From Gonapodya sp. JEL0774 (Eukaryota), in contig JADIIX010000017.1 of the NCBI GenBank assembly GCA_027604505.1, positions 62,001 to 126,000 of the forward strand: a stretch of 64,000 nt of DNA, in the 5' to 3' direction. The position numbers and the translations under genes are program-made. Shown here in pieces: positions 13,867 to 25,234 of this stretch. The notes under the pieces were generated by a model, which did not search any database, was not told the origin of the DNA, and saw only the letters and a program-made list of their open reading frames with translations. The first letter of the stretch is position 1, and every line of letters begins with the position of its first letter.

Positions 13867-15307
13867 CTAAAGTTTCAACAATACTTTCCCAATTGAGCGG
13901 TCTTCCTCCAAATGACGGTGACCATCCGCGACATTTTCAAAGTCATAAACTTTATCAATCACCGGCCTCAATTCCCCGCTCTCAAACTTGGGAATGCATT
14001 CTGCCTGAATAAGGCTTGCAAGATTTGCTTGGTACTCTTTCGAGCGGGAGCGAAGTGTCGAACCCTCAATCTGCACAATTCAGGATTGCATCAACTTTGT
14101 AAATGTGAGCGCCACTTTAAACAACTTACCCGCAATCGTTTTCGAAGCAAATGACCAATCGTGGCCTTCTCTACAACTGGTCCTCCAAGCAACGCCAGCA
14201 AAACCATGCGACCGTCCATCGCAAGCGCTTCCAGGTTCGCGTTGAAGTAAGTTCCACCAACAAAGTCTATCAAACAATCCACTCCTCGCTTCCCAGTTAT
14301 CTGAAGCACTTCACTCTTCCAGTCTGGATTTCCTTTGTAGTTAATCGCGTGTGTCGCACTAAAGTAGAAGGAACAAGCACATGGAACTGGATGATGAACT
14401 TGACCATCAGTGGCTGAGAGCTCACCCAAGACTTCTCGCAAAGCTGCACTTCGCGTCCGTTCCCGCAGTTACAATAATGTTCCTCCTAATAGGGATTGAG
14501 GCAAGAGAGTGTTCATGCATGAATAGTGCAGAAGAGGTATAGTAATATGAAGGTCGGAGAAAAAAAGAATACTCACGCTCCCCAGGATTTTGCGAGCTGT
14601 ATGGTAGCAGTACCAACGCCAGACGCCCCCGCGTGTATCAGGACGTCTTCACCTTTCTTCAATTGGCAGATATATATCAAGGCCTGATATCCAGTCATAA
14701 ACACCTCCGGAATAGCCGCCGCTTGCTCAAGCGTACACCCTTTTGGAATTCTGAGGACTGTACCAAAGTTGATAGCGCAATACTGAAACGACGGTGAGGA
14801 TTGGGAAGCACAGAAAACTTGCCTACGAACTCACCTCCGCATAGCCGCCACCACCCACGAGGCCGCAAACTTTATCTCCAACTTGAAACCCCTTGCCCTG
14901 AGCTTCCGCTCCAATTTCCACAACTTCTCCACTGATTTCAAGGCCCATTGTTTCTGAAAACAGACACGCATAAATTCACACACAGAGAGTCTCTATGGAA
15001 GGATGCTTCAGTTGGAATTACCTGGTGAACCAGGGGGAGGAGGGTATGCACCAGAACGCTGAAGGGTGTCGGCACGGTTGAGACCAGCGAACGCGACCTT
15101 GACCAGCAGCTGATCGGGGTTGGGGATGGGTCGTGGGATTGTCCCAATCGCCAGTTCGGCGATTGTGCCTGGTGGTAGATCCGGAGAATCAAAATTCGCA
15201 GGGTCGTCGATGCTCAAATATAGTGTAAAATGGAATCTACAAAGACAAAACTCACCAGGCGGTTTCACCGTAACTGCACGCATAGTACCACGAACAGCGC
15301 TAGTCAT
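13867..15307 (-). CDS. NADPH:quinone oxidoreductase, PIG3/zeta-crystallin (MDR) family, multi-exon
   Basis: LLVKVAFAGLNRADTLQRSGAYPPPPG, GVDCLIDFVGG, LAMDGRMVLLALLGG, IEGSTLRSRS and C-terminal IGKVLLKL. Confidence 0.9.
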
Positions 15308-15565
15308 TAATGCTTAAAGTGGAGAAAGGTCGCGGGAAGCCGGTGACTGTTTCTCAGTTTGGGGTCGGGGAAAGAATTTTTGGTCTTGGTTCGTGCAAGT
15401 AAGTTCGAGTGCGTGTCTGGCTGTTCGAGGATTGAACTACCTTTCCATCTCACCGAAGACAATGGCGACTCCGAGACGCTACCAAATGGAGAGAATGGTC
15501 AAGGTATTTGTACTTCGGGTCTCAAGAAAATCCGTTTCGCTTCGACATTTGGGTAATTTGGCAAC

Positions 15566-16965
15566 ATGAACTTCCAAATCAAATCAACGAAGGTGGATCC
15601 TCACGGATTGATTCTCAAGCAAATCCCACCATTAACATTCCCGGACCCGTCGTTGCTTGCTCCGCAATGGATAGCAGGATCAAACGCCGTCATTCATTAC
15701 ACTGCGTGGACCTACATCACTCAAGATGAGAACGCCGCGCGGACAGAGTTGGAAGAATGGGGTATTTTATCCGATAAATCATCCGAACATGACCATCGGC
15801 ATTGCAATCATGATCGTTCTGCTGAGTCTGCGTGCCGTGTGGTGCTGGAGCGACAGGACAAAATGTGCGATGTAGACCACCAACCATACCGCCACAAAGT
15901 TGGAGACACCAGGCAACGTGGAGAACCCCTTGATCTTCGCGTAGGAAAGAAGTTCATATTTGAGGGTGTGGAGACTTGCTTGAAGACCATGCGTGTAAAG
16001 GAACGGAGCATGTTCGTGCTCATGCCAACAGCCTTGCAAGTTGGTAGCACATTTTGTCTGAATCGATTCATGTTTTGAGTCATTCTTGCCTATAGGGATT
16101 TGTTCAGTTGGAGACACAGCTTCGCCAGCAGCACCTGAATAAGCAATCCACACTGAGCGGTGGTGGAGGGAATCGACAGGTTCCAACGCACCGTTGCAGT
16201 GCGACGCTCACCACTGATGATTATATGAACAATCGCGATCTCATTTCTGTCTATACCCAGCCGCTGGAGCTCGAAATTGAATTCCTCCAGTTCCAACCGC
16301 CGGGAACTTTTGATAAGTGTGTATGGGAGATGACCCTCGAAGAAAAATGGATTGAGTCTCAAAAGAAAAAGGAAAAGGGAAATCGATTTTGCAATGAAGG
16401 AAAGTATGCGGACGCAAGGAGTCTCTACGAAGAGGCCCTCCAGCTAACGGAGCAAATCTTGAAGAGTACTGTGATCTGCGACCACAAGAGAGACATTGAA
16501 TGGATTCAAACACGTGTCACGTCGAGAAATGAAGCTTCCGAAGATATCAAGGAAGGACACTTCCCAACACCACTTCCGACGGGCCTCCCAAAGCTCGAGG
16601 TGTTGGAGACTCTCCCAGCTTCACTCCATTTGAATCTTGCTTTCGTTCACCTGAAAATGGAGCCTCCAGATAACACTCTCGCCGTACATCATTCCAGCAA
16701 GGTTTTGGAGACGAATCCGGACTCCGTGAAAGGTCTCTACCGCCGCGCCATCGCGTATCGGGGACAGGGCGATTGGGAAAAAGCTCGCATCGATCTACAA
16801 CAAGCTTTGAAGCTGGAGAGGGAGGCGAATGGAGAGGGCACCCAGAAGGGTTCGTTGCACTCGGCCACTGTTGATATCATCACGAAGGAGATGCGCTTGC
16901 TTGACTTGGAAGAAAATAAAGCACATATGATGCAAAGAAAAATGTTCTTGGGGCTTTTCACTTAG
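15566..16965 (+). CDS. AIP: AIP/AIPL1-like FKBP-TPR co-chaperone
   Basis: GEPLDLRVGKKF..CLKTMRVKERSMF and QPLELEIEFLQFQPPGTF..WEMTLEEK resemble the AIP FKBP-like domain; TPRs (KEKGNRF, LHLNLAFVHLK, VKGLYRRAIAY); C-terminal helix MFLGLFT. One intron near 16.04-16.10 kb. Confidence 0.8.
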
Positions 16966-17137
16966 CTGAGCGAAACAAACTGGCTCCCAATATTTGACAT
17001 AATTGCGAATGTTCGCGAATTATAACACATGTACAAAGTTGCTAGCTGCACTATTTCACTGTCAGTTTACGTACAAAGCCGACCAGCCAGTCCCTTTGAA
17101 TGTCATTTAAATAGGGCGCTGAGCGCTACCCCCTGGG

Positions 17138-19878
17138 TCATCGCCGAGGCAGGCCTTCAACCGTATCATCATTATCTGTTGATGGCAGTGATAAAAGTCA
17201 AAGACAAACCAACAGGCATTGGGCCACTCTGTACTTACGTCCCGGTAAGCCAGTCAACCCCTTAGGCGTCACTTTTCGAGCCATCATGGCTCTCTCCAGC
17301 TCCACTCGATGTAATCTTTCCATCTCTTCCTGCTCCTTTCGTTGTTTCTCCACCAGAGCCACAATCTCACTGTCCGATCCATCCGCTTCACTGTTAGAGG
17401 ACTCATCATATGTTCCACTTTCGCCAAAACTGTCCATATCTCGAGAATGTCGTGCTGATGTTGGGTCGGTATCTTCCCATGGAATGGCTGGCGGGAGCTC
17501 GAAACCGCTTGGCATGTTCGCGTTTATGGGCGGATTGGAGAGTGCAGTGACGGTATGTGGTCGAAAAATAGAGTCCCGGGAAGGGGATCGCTGTCGGAAG
17601 GCATTGGATTTCGGGGGACCTAAAGTGGCATTCGAGCCCATTGTAGCCGCCGCACCTGCACTAGCGCTTCTCTTGAGAGCCGCATCGTCCAAAGGCTTGC
17701 GTGGTTGTGGCCGGTTTCCCAGACTAGTCGAGCGATCTAATGGCACTGGCTTCACTCCATTTACAACAAGCGAGTCCGTCACTCCTCCTCTCTGATTACC
17801 CATTCCCGGGGAGGCTCTCCCTGATATGTTGATTGGACGTGGAGCGAGACCCGCACCAGGATTTCTCTTCTCTTTCGCAATCCATTCTTGAACCACCTCG
17901 AAAAGGGTGGACTCCACTTCCTGTTGGTCCTCCTCTTGCACAAACCCCTCTCGCACCATCTCGCTGACCACGGCCTGCGCGGTATCTTCCTTCAACGAGA
18001 ACGGGAACTTGATCTCCTGCTTCCCATACATCAATCTTATGTGCATTTCATGCTGTACGGCGTCATAAGTTGTCACAGCAATCGACGGCATTGTCGCAAT
18101 GTGTGGACGTAGGTGGTAAGTGTGGAACTCCGCGTCAATTCTCGATAAGGTTGTATCCTGAGGAACAATTTGTGGACTGGGAGATATTGATCCGGATGTC
18201 TGCGAAGCTGAGGGAGGTTCGACTTGGCGTTGCTGATATTGAGTTATTGCGGAAGCAGATGATGGTCCCATATCCGGACTGAACGTCCGAGGAGAGCCAG
18301 CGGAGGAGTCGGAATTGGTTGTTACAGAGACTGATGTTTCCGTTCGATAATTTACAGAGTCTGTTAGCGAACTGGAATCGTGTGAAAAGTTCTCCACTGC
18401 ATGCGGTGAAAGGAATTTGGCACTCGTTGGAGCGATGGGATTTTGAGGAATTTCGTCGGCCGACGTAGTGACAGTACCGGGATAAGCTTCTGTCGTTTGG
18501 GAGGCTAGGAATAAATCCTGTGATGTGGATCTCGGGAGTGATGAAAATGACTGGTTGGTACCAGACTCATAAGCTGTTTGCAAGCTGGCAGAACTACCAG
18601 CCGGCTTGGCCCCAGGCTCATGCTCCTCTTGAAGAAAGGGATGACGAAGGAGATCTGTCGCAGATGGCCGCTTTGTGGGATCGTGGTTGATGCATATGTC
18701 AATGAACTCCCGAGTGGCTTCGTCCGCAACCTGGTAATGGAGGGATACCACCAGTGCGTGAAATTGCGTCATGAACTACGCGACAATGGATACTCTACCT
18801 TGCTGAGTGCTTGGGGTTTTATACCAGAAGTGACCCGTTTGAAGATCTGAGCCTGATTTGTGCACTCTCCGTAAGGATACTCCTTGGTAACCATCTCGAG
18901 CACACATAGGCCGAATGCATATATGTCGACCTTCTCGTCATAGTGCTCGTCGTAAAGTTCTGGTGCCATAAACTAAATGGATAAACGAGTTTAGCGCTTC
19001 CTCCCCCACCTGTCAGATCCGATCAGCGGGCTCACCTCGGGCGTTCCAAGCACGCTCGAGAGATGATCCCGCTCCTTCAGTGCCGCCAAGCCGAGATCTC
19101 CAATTTTTGCGAGTCCATTGTTGCCGTTGATGAATATGTTGTCACATTTCAAGTCGCTATCGCGTACATTCGCGAATTGTGAGTGCCGCTGGACAGGGCG
19201 TTAAAGGTGCTGAGCCCAATCTCACCGGTGAATGATGCTTGGGCTCCGGGAGTGCAAATACTCCAGGCCTTCGAGTATTTGCCGACACCAGCTTCGAACG
19301 ACGCGAGGTTTCACCATTCCCTTGGTTCGTTTTACGTACTGCTTGAGCGTCCCACTCGACATGAGCTCGGTGATAAAACAAAGGCGTTCTTTCCCGTCAG
19401 CACTCTTCGTGGTCCAATAAGAGTAGAGGTTGATGATGTTTTTATGGCGGAGCTGTTGTAAGAGCTGAATTTCCGACAAGAAGCGAACTGAGTCCCGTTT
19501 TGAGAGATGGTCTATCCGGAGCTGATTCCACGCCACTTCAATTCCAGACTCATTGTCTAAAGATTTGAAAACCTCTTTGGACGCCCCCTTGCCAAGGGAC
19601 AGCGCATACCTGTCGAATCTAAAATAGAGTTGACTGGGGCATTCCGAATAACACGCTACCTCGGAGAAAACTCACCTTCCAGTGGGATCGGACTCAACAA
19701 CTCTATGCGATGGATCCTCCGGTTCCTCCGGCTCATCCCCCACAGTGTTGGTCAAGGCACCATTAGGGAAAGGAGGAAGGGCTGAGAGGTTCATTGTGAT
19801 GGCGGCCAAGGAGGGAATATCTGATTCAACAGAAGGCTGAGTAGGTAGAGTGTCGAGTGGTATGTGTGGAGTTTCCAA
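17138..19878 (-). CDS. WNK: WNK (With-No-Lysine) Ser/Thr kinase; N-terminal start uncertain
   Basis: Spliced reading [26 protein letters not shown] (Lys in subdomain I, none at the subdomain II position), [57 protein letters not shown]-like [23 protein letters not shown]-terminal coiled coil. Confidence 0.92.
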
Positions 19879-20422
19879 GAGCTTTGATAGGCGGAGAGGG
19901 TGTGGGTGAAGGAGGAGGGGGTGTGCAGACTTTCAGCAGATGCCAATCGAGGTGGCCGAATCGACTGATTTTGTGGCTCAATGAAAAATAGAGAGATGAA
20001 GCATGTTCATGGGGAATAGAAGGACGTTGTCTCTGGTGGTGGGGCTGTGCTCGTCGTGTTGTCCTCAACGGTTCTCAGAACGCAGATGTGTTCCCTAAAG
20101 CCCCAGTAACAATATCACAAACGATTGAAGCAATCATACGCATCAATGCAGGACCGTGTAACTCACTCTGCGACGGCAACGCCGCCAGATGGCGAGTAAA
20201 TTCCCGTTCCCCTTGCTGCACACTTTGCCTTTCCAAGACTGTCACTCCCGATACTTGCCCTCTCCTCAATCAGATATCCCTACAGATGCAGAGTTTTCTC
20301 GGTTTGAAGCTTGAGTTTCGTTGTGCAAAAAATGGTCTAGAGGGACAGGTTTTGTGGGGTTGGAAAGAGGTGCGCCCAAACAAAACCATTTTTCCTCATT
20401 ACAACTCTAAGCGCGTATTATA

Positions 20423-22086
20423 CTACCGTTTCTTGGTAGGAGGTTTCGGCTTTGAAAAAGCCTTTTGCGTGTGGAGAACGGGAAGAGGAAGTGGGGAACG
20501 AAGACTTCATGTTATCAGGATCCCAATGGGGAAACACTTCCAAACTTATACCTGTTTCACGTTGCTTTGTTGTGGGTGGAGCTCCGCCATCAGCAAGGCG
20601 GCGTCTAGCTCAGAGGGTCCATCGATTTCGAGCTATTGAGAAAAGATATAATTCGAACATTTCGGCAAACGGCAGGTCAACCATCACGGCAAAATAGAGG
20701 GGCGGACGTCGGTTTGAAGACGCGCACGGTGAGTAGATTCTTGGGAGCGAAGGAGGGTGTATCATCACCTTTTTCTCGATAGAGAGCCCCTCTGACTCCA
20801 AAGCTTGAACAACCGCTCCCTTAGATGAAGAATAGAGCATTTTCTGTTTCACGCTGGACGAAGGTGGGCAGCAATAGACGAAAACTGACAGGAAACGCTT
20901 TGTGATAACTACCTGATCAGTTCAAATTTCCAGGTTCACGATGTACTCACTTGCCGGAGCATGAAGTGCACCATTCCAGTCGTGTGTGAACTTGAAAACG
21001 ACAAAGCGAGGTGCATTTGTGGGTATATCGTGGGGAACGTGGGAGGACGGTAGGTTGCTCGATGTGCCAGTGATTGTTTCATTTTCCACAATCTGGAGGA
21101 TAACGTGTTGGCCACCAGGACCGTGTTCCTTCAGTTGACAAAGAATTTAAATCTCACGAGCTCAATCATGTCGTGTTCACCACTGAGCAGTCTCCGAACA
21201 GAATCCTTTGCTTCTTCAGTGAGAGGAAAGGCGATGGCGGAGGCAGTGTTCGACCGACGAGTGCTCATTGTGTCGAAGGAAGTCTTATTTGAAATGTGAG
21301 AACAAGAGGTTGAACAGCGGACCGAAAGGAAATTCGAGGAGCTCTCTTCCTCACTTCCTCCAGTTTGACCTGTTGTAAGGTTCTTTCCGCGTCTTCATGC
21401 AAAGTGGTAGTTTTCAGAGGGAAAGCTAGTTCATGATGTCGTCACCTACCGGTCAGAGGTCCAGCCGATTTGCTGCTGATTAAGTGCGCCTTATACGCTG
21501 CCAATGTCACATCTGTCTTGATTGGGTTCGCAGTGTCACTTATTGAGTTCATTCTCCTTGTCGCAAGATGAGAGCTCAGAGCTCACTGGAGTGGTAGCAT
21601 ACACTGAGTCGACAAATAAAGAGTCGCCGAGTTCTTTCGTGAATGAGAATCTGGTGGCAGCGTAGAGCATCTTGTCACGGACGTGAGAGTTGTCTTTTCA
21701 AAATGCGGTGGTGATTGCAAAATGACGTTGACGAAAGGGATTTGGCCTACACGACGGTATAGATATTCACCAGGAGTATACTGAATAAATATCCAGCTTC
21801 CTTCGTCGTTCTTGAAGAGCACATAACTCCCTTTCCGTGGATCAAACCAAGACGCGATTCCGACCCAATCCTCCTCCCACGTCCCGGAGTAGCGAATCGT
21901 GGCAGAAACTACTATCGACTCTGTTGTTCAACCAACATGGTGTGAAAATCTGAAGCAGCGACACCAATTCGGAGCAATGGAATGCTCACCTTTTTCGATT
22001 GTCGCTTTGATAGCGCGAATGTCCTTAGCATGATGAAATGTGGAAATTAAATCAGGCGTTGGTCTGATTCCCGTTTGAGCGGACAT
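20423..22086 (-). CDS. TWF1: Twinfilin (two ADF-H domains plus capping-protein-binding tail), many short exons
   Basis: Hand-spliced: [10 protein letters not shown].., [99 protein letters not shown]. Largely invisible in the ORF track. Confidence 0.92.
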
Positions 22087-22178
22087 TCTTTATGTGGTGT
22101 GTATGGTTCTGGGGTCAGCAAGGGTGCCCATGGCGCCGGCAGGACGCAGCCGTTCTGTGCAGGACTCCAAATTGCGAC

Positions 22179-24144
22179 ATGCTTGCCAACTTACGCGCCG
22201 TGACCCACATTCTCGCAACTCCACTCTCAAGAAACGCTGAACCCTCAATTGCAACGGGAGGTCCTGAGCCCTCGGAGACCCTTGATGAATTGAGTTATTG
22301 GGGACCGCGCTTTGTAACCCCTCGACCTGGCTATGAAGCAGTAATTAAAGCTGCCGCTGCCCAAGATGCGCGTTATCGACGTGGTACTGCCTCTGTGCCT
22401 ACAGCAGGGGGATCCTCGCAGGCAAAAGCTGATCCACCTCCTCCGAGTGCAAACGCATGGAGCACCGACGTGTCCAGTCTGCAGGAAGCCGGAGCACACC
22501 TTGACAAGAAAAATTTATACTCGTTCTTCAGACCCGTTGGGTCCCCCTTGCCCTCCCATCCTGTTACTACCACTCTGGAAGCACTCGCCAATTTTAGAAA
22601 GCCGTCCATCTTCTTCCGGCACAACTCGAACACAGAGAACACACGTGCATCAGCGAATAGTCTAGTGACAATATCCTTCACTTATGATTCGGCGGCTCCA
22701 TGTAGTATTACACTCCATTGGGGTGCGAAGGAGACGTTTCTCCAGGATGCAAACGGGAAAAGAAACATACTGAGGTGCGACTGCTTGACGCAGTTGGACA
22801 AAGGACGAATGCAGTCCAAACCACACCTTTTTGATTAGCTTCGATTCACATTACTCAATATGCAAGCCTGTGTTTGCGCCCGCCGGAATGTGCCAGGAAT
22901 TCTCATGCACATTTGAGCCTTCTCACTGTTTTACGGACGAACAGTTCAAATCCCTTACTTCACGCGTTATTCCAGCTCCTGTCGAGGCCGAAAGTACTCC
23001 AATTGCACTTCCTGCCTCTCCCCCACTTTCGCAGAATGCCCCGACAGAGGCGCAAACGCCCGCAACGGACCTTCCCTACTCCAGATCGAACAACGTGGAG
23101 CCACGTCGGCGTTTATCATGGATATTGCAATGGCTGAGGTTTGCTCACCTAACAACTTTACGCTCGAATGAAATCGACCTTCCCGGTTCATCCGGCATTC
23201 CCTTGACTCCTCGAACCTTACCTGTGGGAACCTCACCGTCGGTGCCGACGTCACCTTTACCCATTCAACCAGCCGCTGAGACGAGCTCACACCCTGAGCT
23301 TGGTTTCATACCCCTGGTGGTTGTGCTTTCCACAATGAAAGGGACGACGACACGACTAGATTTCCAAGCATCTTATGTTAACATACAAATTGGTAAAGAT
23401 GGCAACTGGGTCGCTCAAGTGACGAAGCAAAAGTTTGTGGTACGTCAGATTGGGAATCCTACTTTCAATTGGATCCGCATGTGATGCCATCAAGAATCTC
23501 CACAGATCAACGATCGGGTGTTTGCCATTCGTGATATTTATGGTTTTATCGAATCCGATACCTGCGTTCAAGGCAAGCTAGATCCGTGCTTGCGCGGTGA
23601 CTGTCGTAACCGAAATTTTCCACAGATGCAACGTCTTCTTCCGGGTCACTTTCACCATATCGGGAATGTATCGCGTGTCTTTCGTCTCCTCGCGATACGG
23701 TTGTGCTTCCTTGCCGACACCTTTGCCTTTGCTCCGAATGCGGAGAGAGGCTTAGAACCCAAGCACGAGATGAAACCCAGCTCAGGCAGCCGCCGGCGTG
23801 GAGAAGGACTGGGCCACCATCTTGTCCCATTTGCAGACAAGGCAAGTGGTCATTAGTTCTCCGTCGCAGCACAGTAAGAGATTGTTTACTATACGCTTCA
23901 CACAGTGTTCCACTCCCTCCTCGTTCTCCGTCTTCCTGATGGCAGAAGCCAACAATCTGTTCAGTCGTTACGAATGAAGTCTCTGCACGACCTGCGCGCG
24001 ATTCCTGAAGCCAATGGTAGTGCAAACAATGATACAAACGTTTCTGCTGCGATTGCCGTTGGAGAGGGTGATGTCTTCAGAACAATAGCCAATGATCCTA
24101 CAAGGAGAGAAAGCATGCAAATCATTACCCGTCCAGTGATGTGA
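22179..24144 (+). CDS. MGRN1/RNF157/LOG2-like RING-HC E3 ubiquitin ligase
   Basis: [31 protein letters not shown], and [46 protein letters not shown] 22179 assumed; an in-frame ATG also exists at 22092. Confidence 0.85.
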
Positions 24145-24400
24145 CGGGGCTAACACTTGCTGAAAAGTCGCGAAAACAAGGTATCAAAAATTAAGCACCT
24201 GAATACAATTGTACGGTTTTGCATCAAAGATTTTTATGTGGACAGAAAGTCACGCCGCAAGCATGGGGCATTGAAAATAATTGAAACAAAACTCAGCTTT
24301 TGAGTGGGCGTTCGATTATTTGGTTCTTAAGCGTGGTCCTACAACCAACCACCCCTCCCACAAGAGCTATTCCAAATCAGATTTGTAGTTCGCCCATTCA

Positions 24401-25187
24401 ATGTCGACTTTGTTATCAACCTCATCACGAGGTCCAAGTATCCATCGACTTGTACCAAATGAAGTCGTCCTGGACATCAAGGAGGTGCTTGATGGTCACT
24501 GGCATTCTTAAAACGAAACGCGAGAGAGATTTCACCACCTCAACGTCTATCTCCGATACTCAATAGGCATTTTTGGTTGCTGACCAGGAGAAGAAAGGAT
24601 ATTTGTCACGGAAGGTGTCTTGAAAAGTGACGGAGCGCTGCTCTGTTTTTGACAACAATAAGTTAAAGAAAACTGCTCCATATCGCCCTGGAAGGACTTC
24701 AAGATTGCATGCGTGGGACTGTTAGGATACCGACCATCGAAGTACGAAACCAATCAATTGACGCAAGGAGTGGACTTCAGCCGGGGAGGTGATGAGTGAA
24801 GACGATATGGCAGAATCTGGTCTCAAACCTCAAACCTCAAACCTCCAGCTATGTCCCTTCCAGTGTTTACCAATATTTTGGCTAAACGATTGCAGCATCT
24901 GAGAGAGGACGATATTGTACGGCTGACTTTCCTGAACATCGACTCCAGCGGTGAGCGTGCATTTCGGGAGACAGAACTGCAGTACGAACGCTTTTCAAAT
25001 GTTTCGTGTTCGAATATCATCAGCGAATGGATTCATCTCTTTAAACGATTTCGAGAAACACGTTAGAAGGATCTGCCCCCGGATGCCTGATGCAATGATA
25101 CAAGAAATATTTTACGAAGTAGATACTGATAGAGACGGGCGAGTCCCTTTCCGGGACTTTGAGAGAATTAATCGCGTTATAATGTGA
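24401..25187 (+). CDS. EFCAB11: EF-hand calcium-binding protein, EFCAB11-like
   Basis: Spliced AFLVADQEKKGYLSRK-DFKIACVGLLGYRPSKYE ... GFISLNDFEKHVRRICPRMP..EIFYEVDTDRDGRVPFRDFE, matching the EFCAB11 pattern as I recall it (GYLSREDFK, GYKPSK, VDRDSDGHVSFRDFE). Confidence 0.78.
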
Positions 25188-25234
25188 ACTGTGTACTAGC
25201 TCAAACCATCAACCTGCTCAGTGACGACCCAACC

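Noticed and set aside
20423..21268. Apparent single-ADF-domain half-twinfilin starting at ATG 21268
   Set aside because: Upstream exons encoding the N-terminal ADF-H domain and linker were found up to ATG 22086; it is a normal twinfilin.
24822..24845. (CTCAAAC)3 tandem repeat in the EF-hand gene
   Set aside because: Short simple repeat with no spacers; not CRISPR-like or telomeric.
25216..25229. CCTGCTCAGTGACG upstream of POC1 as an RFX X-box
   Set aside because: Too many mismatches to the GTNRCC-N-RGYAAC consensus to support from one instance.
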